DNA of 61,123 nt, filler included, from Asterionella formosa (Eukaryota), in the NCBI GenBank assembly GCA_002256025.1. It is 11 parts of 11 records of this genome, joined end to end, with 100 filler letters (N's around TTAATTAATTAA, not from the genome) between each part and the next. Parts side by side here need not be neighbours in the genome. Positions count along the whole stretch, not along the records: positions 50,120 to 55,574 come from NKIB01013059.1; positions 55,675 to 61,123 come from NKIB01013061.1; 9 more parts are not named here. One strand, 5' to 3'. Numbering within the stretch: the first letter of the stretch is position 1; each line of letters opens with the position of its first letter. The notes under the pieces were generated by a model, which saw only the letters and a list, made by a program, of their open reading frames with translations, did no database searches and was not told the origin of the DNA. The position numbers and the translations under genes were made by a program. Shown in pieces: positions 53,816-61,123 of this stretch.

Positions 53816-53915
53816 GGGGAATAGCTTACTTGGTTAGCTCACCTTCCAAGATGGTGGGTTCGATTCCTGCATTCTCAACCTGCTTTGTTTATGTAGTCCC
53901 TTGTGTTCCGGTGGT
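53816..53915 (+). repeat. tRNA-derived (SINE-like) repeat, copy 2
   Basis: GGGGAATAGCTTACTTGGTTAG...GGTTCGATTCC..ATTCTCA plus the tail shared with the 17139 copy. Confidence 0.6.
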
Positions 53916-55948
53916 GAGGCAGACAACAAGCAGGTCTTAGGCCCTCTGGGGGGTCAAGTGCGACTTCATAATCTCCACAATTGTTGAGTTCTTAAACAAT
54001 AGTGCACTTTAAAATTTACTTTATTATTTTTATATACCAGGTATATGCATAGTACAGAATCCTGAATGCAGCCTGTAACTTTATTGAAATGATCTGCCCA
54101 CCTCTCCATTTTTAAGATGGCCTCTCCATTATTAAGATGGTTTCATGTTTTCTTCAAACCACAATATCGCCATTATGCTCATTTCAACCCAAAAACTAAT
54201 CTGTAGCAGACATTACAGTTGGAACCATAAATGCATCAGGTCATATTGTGGCAGTAATTTTTAGTGGCATGATCCTGACATCCAAATTTACATGAAATCC
54301 ATTTTGTTATTGCTAATTCCAACCAGATTGTGCTGCTCCAACACAAATGGAGCAAACCTGACTCCTTTGAAGCCTTTCCAGTGAATATCAGTATATTTAC
54401 CAAAGTTAAACAAGATGCCTCATATTGTTTCTTATTTATGAGAATATTTCAGAGCAAATGCATCAGAGTGACTGGCTGATGATGAGCAAGACTTGTTGTC
54501 ACAGGTGCAACTAACCAAGCAAGGAGTAGTTATCATATGACATCTACTGGTACATCCGGAAGTCACCACTGGACAGCTTGGGAGGGGGTTAAGATGGAGT
54601 ACCTGTGGAAATTACAATACTAAAATATGGTTTTAACTTTTTTCATGCTTCACTAGTACCTTGTGAAAAGTACCACCTAAAAACTGAGAGTCATATAAAG
54701 TTTACCCCATGTTTCGACTCAAACTATTTTAGTCAAAGTTCATGGTGACAACAAATCAAGTACGTAGCTAAATGTAGAACAGGCTCTCCGCTTTCAATAG
54801 GTCTGTTTAATTAGTAATGAAGCTTCATAATTCAAGAGATATGAAGTTTTTAAAGTTGATGATTATGGTCGTTTTGTATGACTATCAATACATATTTTTA
54901 CTACGTACCTGAAGAAAATTTTATATTCAAATTCTGGTTTTGATTACCCTATTGTTCACTCTAAAGCTTTTTCCTGCCACAATATTATTTGTCCGTTGCA
55001 TCATCTACCCATTTATTATTAATTGTTTTCATTTTTTAAACCTTAAATAATAATGCGTTTGTTTGCCTTTTAACTCAAATATTATTTCAGTTTTTGTGTC
55101 AATAATCTTACTTACATTCGTTTTGATGATGGTTTGATATAGATTTATATAGGGATTATTTATGTTTGTCACTAATTAGTGTTCTGCTTACATCAGGCTA
55201 CTGGTTTGGAATTACTACTATGACAGATGTCAGCCAAGCGAGAATTTTTTGTTTGATTGCTTGTTTGCTTCTCCACCTTGCTCCGCTTCCGCCTCCTTGT
55301 TTCGTCGCTTCCTTCATATTCCTCCTCTCAGCCAGCTACCCTTCATATTCTTCCTTGCCCGAATCATGCAAGGCAGTGCAGCTGGAATTTCAATTGCCCC
55401 CTTATGTGCCAGCACAATTGTAAACTCCAGGCCAAGGGGGGAGAATAGGGGGATTGGACTCGCAGCAAGAACCACAGCAGTTTTGATCTCTTCTGCTGGC
55501 GCCTGCTGGTCTCCTCGGTGTGAGGTCTCTCCCAAGCGGGTAAGTATGGCTTGTCTTGTTTGTGGTACCGGGAANNNNNNNNNNNNNNNNNNNNNNNNNN
55601 NNNNNNNNNNNNNNNNNNTTAATTAATTAANNNNNNNNNNNNNNNNNNNNNNNNNNNNNNNNNNNNNNNNNNNNTGTATCAATGATACAAAATTGATACC
55701 ATCAAGTTACCGTTGCTGATACCGTGTTTTGATACCAACCGTCATTTTTTGCCCACAACCCGGAAATGATACAGCAAATTCGGAATGATAAGAACGACCC
55801 TTAGTGGTAATTTTTTGTTTTTAACTTCAACTTTCTCGTCTTTATTCGCGCACTGTCTTCAAAACTCCAGACAGATTCTCTTTGCGAAGCTGAATGTATG
55901 GATGATAAGGACAGAGTCCATTCCTTGCGTGCTCCGCTTGTATGCCTG

Positions 55949-55984
55949 TTAGGGTTAGGGTTAGGGTTAGGTTAGGGGTGAGGG
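55949..55984 (+). repeat. Telomeric repeat tract (TTAGGG)3 plus degenerate units at the PLE 3' end
   Basis: TTAGGGTTAGGGTTAGGGTTAGGTTAGGGGTGAGGG. Confidence 0.9.
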
Positions 55985-56027
55985 CTACAATGACTATTAT
56001 CCAGCAACAATAAGGTGACTACTTAAG

Positions 56028-56090
56028 TTGCTGAAAAGTAATGAGACTAATGTTACTTTTCGCCTGAAGGGGCTTCATCAGTTGGCTTGG
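56028..56090 (-). ncRNA. Candidate type I hammerhead ribozyme in the PLE 3' UTR
   Basis: The minus strand reads CUGAUGA-A-GCC-ccuuca-GGC-GAAA-AGUAA-loop-UUACU-U-U. Core and stems II and III are present; stem I is poor. Confidence 0.55.
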
Positions 56091-56247
56091 ATCTGTAGTA
56101 ATGTTTTGTTGTGGTCCTGGTGCTTGCGGGGGGGCGGTATTGATAGTGGAGGTGGAGGAAGCATGGACCTGGTTAGGGTTGATGTTTTCCGTTCGCTATC
56201 AATTTGCGTTGTAAGTAGGTGAGTACTGACTGAAGTGGTTTCCGATC

Positions 56248-58202
56248 TCAGTTTCCGTGGTGATGTTTAGGGCGATTATAAGCGATTATCAACCTTTGGA
56301 TAGTACATTGATTTCCGGAGAAATTCCGTAGTGAAGTAAGAGTTGGTTCTTTCTTCAGGGAAAATATAGTGTGTTGGAAGATGCGTTGTATGTGAGATGA
56401 TGGAGGGTTGTTCGGATGAAATGGCATGTGGAGGAACACACATTGTTCTGTGTTTGTGTCCGTTCTTTGAGTGGCCGTGTTGGTGGTGTCCGATTTGTTA
56501 ATACATAATTGTTTTATGTATGTATTAAAGATGGGTATAAGGATTTTAGCAACCTTGGACATGTAAGCGGTTGTAAAAAGAATGGATTGCAGTTTTAAAA
56601 TGTGTCTCGACCATTGTTAAATGGTAGATTCAGTGGATCATGCCTGCAATGATACCGTGAAGGACACCGGGAGCGAGGGCGTGCGCTATGTTGTGGTATG
56701 TAGAGATAGGGATTCATAGATTTCTCAAATAGTGTTGTATCAATAGAACGGGTGTGTTGATTGATAGAAATAGTGAGATCAAGGAAAGTTGTTGATAATC
56801 TCCGTGGTTCTGCATTCCATTTTTGTGTGCCAAAATTATTCATCAAGCTGATAGACGAGTTGTGTGATTTTTGATCCTCGATATGGGTAGTTGATGTAGG
56901 GACCCAGATAATAAAGCAATCATCAGTATACCTTCTGTAGAAAGATATTTGTGGAAAGGTTGGGATGGTTTGTATTTCGTGAATTGCAAAATAGAGGGTG
57001 GCATATGTTGCTGCCGGAGGTGTCCCCATAGCTGTTCCAGATGTTTGGATCCAGTATGTATTTCCGAATTTAAAAATGTTATGTCGCATGATAATTTCGA
57101 GTGCATTTATGAGTGCATCAATATTAATATCTTCATTGAGGCAGATGTCTGGTCTGTCAATTTGTAGGAATTTATTAATGACGGAAAGTGCGTGGGTTGT
57201 GTCTATGTTAGTGTACATAGAGATTGCGTCCATGGTGAATAAGGTTGCGGTTGTTGAGAGGTTATTAATGGAGCAAATATCATGGACAAGCTCGAAGGAG
57301 CTTGAAAGGGTAAATGGGAGATGTTGAGTGATTTTTTGAAGACTGACATCAGTCCATTTGCCTAGACCATGGCAGATACCTCCACTGACACTGATGATGG
57401 GCCGGGTTGTTAGCGGTGTCTTATGTATTTTCGCCAGTAAGTAGAAGTATGCTAATGGGTCTTTTGTTTGTAGGGAACGGTTAAGGAATGTTGATGTTGT
57501 TTCCTTAGCTTTGAAGTGCTTTAGACTAAAGTTCGTAATCAGTTTGGTGATTGCCTTTATCCTTCCTTCAGCTTGTTGTTCAGAAAGTTGTCAATAAATA
57601 TTTTTGTTTAGGAGATGGTCGTTGAGAGCCATGTTGATGTATCGAGATCGTTCGATAATGGCTGGACCAAGGTTTTTATCGCAACGGGAAACAATGAGTT
57701 TTTCATTGTTTGTTAGTGACTCAAGTGCTCTTTATTGTGAAGGTAAGAGGTTGTGTCGACGGTGTTTGTGTTGAAAGAGTCTTAGGAGTGTGTGTTTGAA
57801 TGCGTTGATTCTTACACGAAATTCGGCTGTGATTTCATTATGAGGAGGTATCCAGTTGGAGCGAATAAAAAGTTTTGTTGGAGGTAATGGTTCCGAACCT
57901 GCAAAGTAAAACTATGTTAACATGTCCCGGTTGAATCTTGTGAAATCAACATCTTCACTTTTTGGTGAATATCTCGGCGTTATGCAGAAATTTAGACCAA
58001 GTCCAAGGAGTGATTTGATGCCGAATAGGGCTTTTTCTGAGGATGTGGAGAGGTTGTGATATGCAACGTTTTGCGGTCTTGATAAATATAACCAAGGTGG
58101 TAGATTTTGAAGAAGTTTGTTTGTGTTGTAAGATATTGATTTTTCTGGGTTGCTGATATCTCCAAAGTTATAATGCATGCTTTTTTCATTGAAATTATGC
58201 AT
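56248..58202 (-). pseudogene. PLE reverse transcriptase (ORF2) with in-frame stops and frameshifts
   Basis: LLGLGLNFC, CDKNLGP, LAKIHKTPLTTRPII, MDAISMYTNI, GTAMGTPPA, YRRYTDD, TFLDLTI, LYIPQHSA, and C-terminal VFLHMPFHP...RLIIAYNRP. Stops near 57912, 57732 and 57593. Confidence 0.9.
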
Positions 58203-59137
58203 TGATGATGTTTCTTAGCTTTTTCGTCTTCTTCTTTTTTGTCAGTTTTTTGGAGAGTTTTTTGTTCTCTGCCCCTGTTGAGGTATCTGAGTCTATAACG
58301 TCGGCTTCGTTTTTGAAGTCGATGGTTATGTTGTTGTGACCGGTTGTTTTTTCTTTTTTTGTGAGGCGCTTTGGTCTGTTTTCTTTCTGGAAGTTGTCTT
58401 GGTTGCTTTGTTTGTTGATTTCTTTCCAGGTTTGACTGTTGTGTCGGTTGCATCGGTTGCCCCTCTTGAGGTGTTCTTTGATGTTGATGTTTCCTTAAGT
58501 TTAGCAAGCTCTTTTCTCATTGATAGTGTGGCTTTGTTTACTTTATCATTGATTAATTTGGAGAGTTAGTTGGGCTCTACGCTGTATTCTTTGTTGAATT
58601 CCATAGTCGATAATGTAGTGTCATTTTGGCAAAGGATTCCATACGGAGTTTCTGCTTGTTGATTATGTTTGTTTGATCAAATGCGTTGCTTGAATTGATG
58701 TACATATGTAGAATCGATTGTTTGAACGTTGGGATGACTGTTTGAACAATTGTTGACTTTAGGTTGATTTGTAAGTCGGATTGTGACAAAAGTTGTAGTT
58801 GGTCTTGAGTATAAACTGTTGGAGGAAGGAGATCATAGAGATAAGTCGCGGCATTAATTGTATCCGCATTGACTAGTTCTTGAATCGCTGGTTTGCACAT
58901 GACGGTTTTGATCACATCTAGTATCATTTCATTGGAGATGGTACTTTCTGTGGTGATTGTTAAGATGCTGCCTTTAGCTAAGATAGTTAGACTTTCAAGA
59001 ATATGAGTTGCAATGGCGATCTTCGTGGTTTTGAGTTCGAGTGCTGCAGTAAGCTTGATTTTTTCTTTAATAGCTTGGGAGAAGGAAGTAACAAGGGCAT
59101 CGGTTTCTGAGGAAAGGTCCTTGAATGTTTTAGTGGC
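58200..59137 (-). pseudogene. PLE ORF1 (helical, basic C-terminus), 5'-truncated
   Basis: The frame of ORF 58577-58927 stays open up to 59137 (ATKTFKDLSSETDALV...). A K/R-rich tail lies just upstream of the RT. Confidence 0.6.
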
Positions 59138-59160
59138 TAGGGTTAGGGTTAGGGTTAGGG
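59138..59160 (+). repeat. Telomeric repeat tract at the PLE 5' truncation point
   Basis: TAGGGTTAGGGTTAGGGTTAGGG joined directly to ORF1 coding sequence. Confidence 0.92.
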
Positions 59161-59450
59161 ACCACTAGAGTGTATGGTAGGGGTTGTGAGCAGCTGGAGA
59201 ATCCTGCATAATTTCATGCGTCTTTGCTTTGACAATGACGAAAATACCAATTTGGAAAGGGTTGTTCTCATGCTACTAGTGCCAACAAGAGCTACATCGG
59301 GTAATTCGTACTCCGTACCAGGTACCTGGTACCCTGAGCATAATTCCTGCCATTCCGGTAAATACATAGACCTACCTTACTATCATAGAAATATAATTCG
59401 TTTTATTTTCTGTAAATGTAAAATATTTGGGTGTGCAGCACCAAATGTAC

Positions 59451-60805
59451 TATCATAGTGAACTTCATTTATTAAGCGCCTTAAGACTACTCAAGAAGTG
59501 TTAGTAGGGTAGCCCGCATGGCGCTTCCTGGCATTGACAGCCTAGGTTGTATAAAAATCTTAACCTACCCAGTATCAACCCAACAAATGTGGTGACTTTG
59601 GGCGCTGCAAGGCGGGGAAAGAGTGGATACACTCTCTCGAATGAGAGTAGGTGGAAGTATGTGTGTTGTAAATTTCATATTCTGGCTGGCACTGGTGAGT
59701 TAATCTGTCACCACATTTTGATGACTGAGGAGAAGGCAGATAGCTTGGTTTGATCTTTTAATGAGGCATATATTTGCCTCCCATGTGTTTGCCTTGCCTT
59801 TGTGGTATTTATGGCAGACTCTGATAATATTGTGCAGCTTTAGCTCGTATCAACTGATTGGATCAAAGTGAAATGTGGTGACATGATCATCACGACTTTT
59901 CTTGAATTCTTGTTGTTTCTGTTGATTATTTCATGTGTTTGTAGCTCATTGCATACTCTGTAGTTATTGTGTAGCTCAAAGCGCCAATGGAGCCTCGCTT
60001 CTGATGCCAGTACATCGACAAATGCGCTCATCAATTGAATGATGCATGTTGTTGCATTCCATTCATTTTCGTCAAGCTCCTTGAGTTTCTTGTTGTTTCT
60101 GTTGATTCTTTCATGTGCTTGTAGCTCATTGCATACGCTGTACATAGTACATCTAGCTACATTATAATTGAGATCCGTTCTATGTCATGGTACCAGGTAG
60201 TGTACATTGTTAGTAAGAATGGATGTTCTATTTTTTCGCTAAGTATCAAGGTGAAAATAATAGGAACTAATCTAGAACAAATACAGACCAACAAGGAATC
60301 TGCCACTGCACTGGTATAGTCAGCCAAGCTACAAAGTTTTCCGGCTTCGCTGTTGAGAATCATCAGAAAAGAGGCGTCAATGAATGGTACAATTGAAACT
60401 CAAGGTCCAAGTCTATTTAAAAATTACAAAGAAAATGGAAGAAAATGAAATAGATTGGCTGGGCAACAATCCCTCGACAAATTTTATCCCAGTGTCCTTG
60501 ACGAGCAAGTGGAATCTCGCCAAACATCTGTGTGGTCCAAACAGCCACAACAAGTACAACCAAAGGTATTGAATTTCCTCCCTAATCCCTGATGAGGTGA
60601 AAGAATTAAATTCAGCACATTTGGCACCATTTTGATCCCAACTCTCATTTGAGAGAGTGTACCTCACCAGAAAATTCCCCATATGCGAGCACCAGAAGTC
60701 ACCACATTTGTTAGGCTGATATTTGGAGGGCGCAGTCATTTCGATGCCCATGCTGGACCTGCCAGGAAGCGCCATGCAGGCTCTTAATAAATGAAGCTAA
60801 TGATA
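59451..60805. mobile_element. Non-autonomous element with long (about 170-200 bp) imperfect terminal inverted repeats
   Basis: Four colinear inverted blocks: 59463-76/60783-96, 59516-33/60760-77, 59582-98/60696-712 and 59628-48/60641-61. Confidence 0.7.
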
Positions 60806-61123
60806 CCATGGTAGTATACATACTTATACAAAGATTGACCTGGTGCTGTCACTTCAAATTATCAAATTTGTCCATAATTCTAGGCAAAGCAAAAAATGAA
60901 TACTATTACATGAGGCGCCATCAACATTGGATAGCAAATAATAATAATTTCATGTTCTTGGGTGTAAACCTCTGAACTTAGTTAATGAATCTGCCATTAC
61001 CTTCACTAGATTCTGTGGTCTCATCACTGTTCGATTCTTCATGCTTCCATTCTGAGAAATCCATTTCTGGCTGATCGAAATGCAATGCATCAGGGTTTAA
61101 GGTGGGCCTTTGCGTTTGTCCTG

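Larger units (their letters stand above)
55949..59160 (-). mobile_element. Endonuclease-deficient Penelope-like retroelement (Athena/Coprina-type), 5'-truncated and flanked by telomeric repeats
   Basis: PLE RT motifs and no GIY-YIG seen. TTAGGG tracts at 55949-55984 and 59138-59160. Confidence 0.88.

Noticed and set aside
54215..54400. pogo/DDE_1 transposase remnant (TINASG..IF.G)
   Set aside because: A single short motif in stop-rich sequence; insufficient support.
5481..55674. Regularly spaced TTAATTAATTAA palindromes as an array or recombination sites
   Set aside because: They are always embedded in N44 padding and act as six-frame-stop linkers from contig concatenation. Gene neighbourhoods across them are meaningless.

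Overview
This is eukaryotic DNA, most likely a repeat-rich diatom (inferred from the TE families, TTAGGG repeats, a short GT-AG intron and gene style). It is not one locus. It is 11 unrelated contigs of about 5.45-5.48 kb, in roughly descending size order, joined by artificial N44-TTAATTAATTAA-N44 linkers, so nothing can be inferred across linkers. Host genes: a GH38 alpha-mannosidase, ATE1 arginyltransferase, a two-exon coiled-coil/PH protein, a Cys-rich membrane-anchored protein, a GNAT fragment and a broken LRR gene. Most of the rest is decayed mobile DNA: Copia and Gypsy LTR elements, a Ginger-like integrase, a Crypton tyrosine-recombinase element, Kolobok-like pieces with a TTAA-targeting terminus, a mariner fragment, tRNA-derived repeats and TIR elements. 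The most notable feature is an endonuclease-less Penelope-like retroelement (55949-59160, minus strand). It is bounded on both sides by TTAGGG repeats, truncated mid-ORF1 exactly at the telomeric tract, and carries a candidate hammerhead ribozyme in its 3' UTR. Other leads are a hairpin-dense ~540-bp LTR-like direct-repeat pair and an inverted-motif cluster shared by the Crypton and a P2X7/KolX-like ORF. All family calls come from motif recognition by eye; no searches were run.
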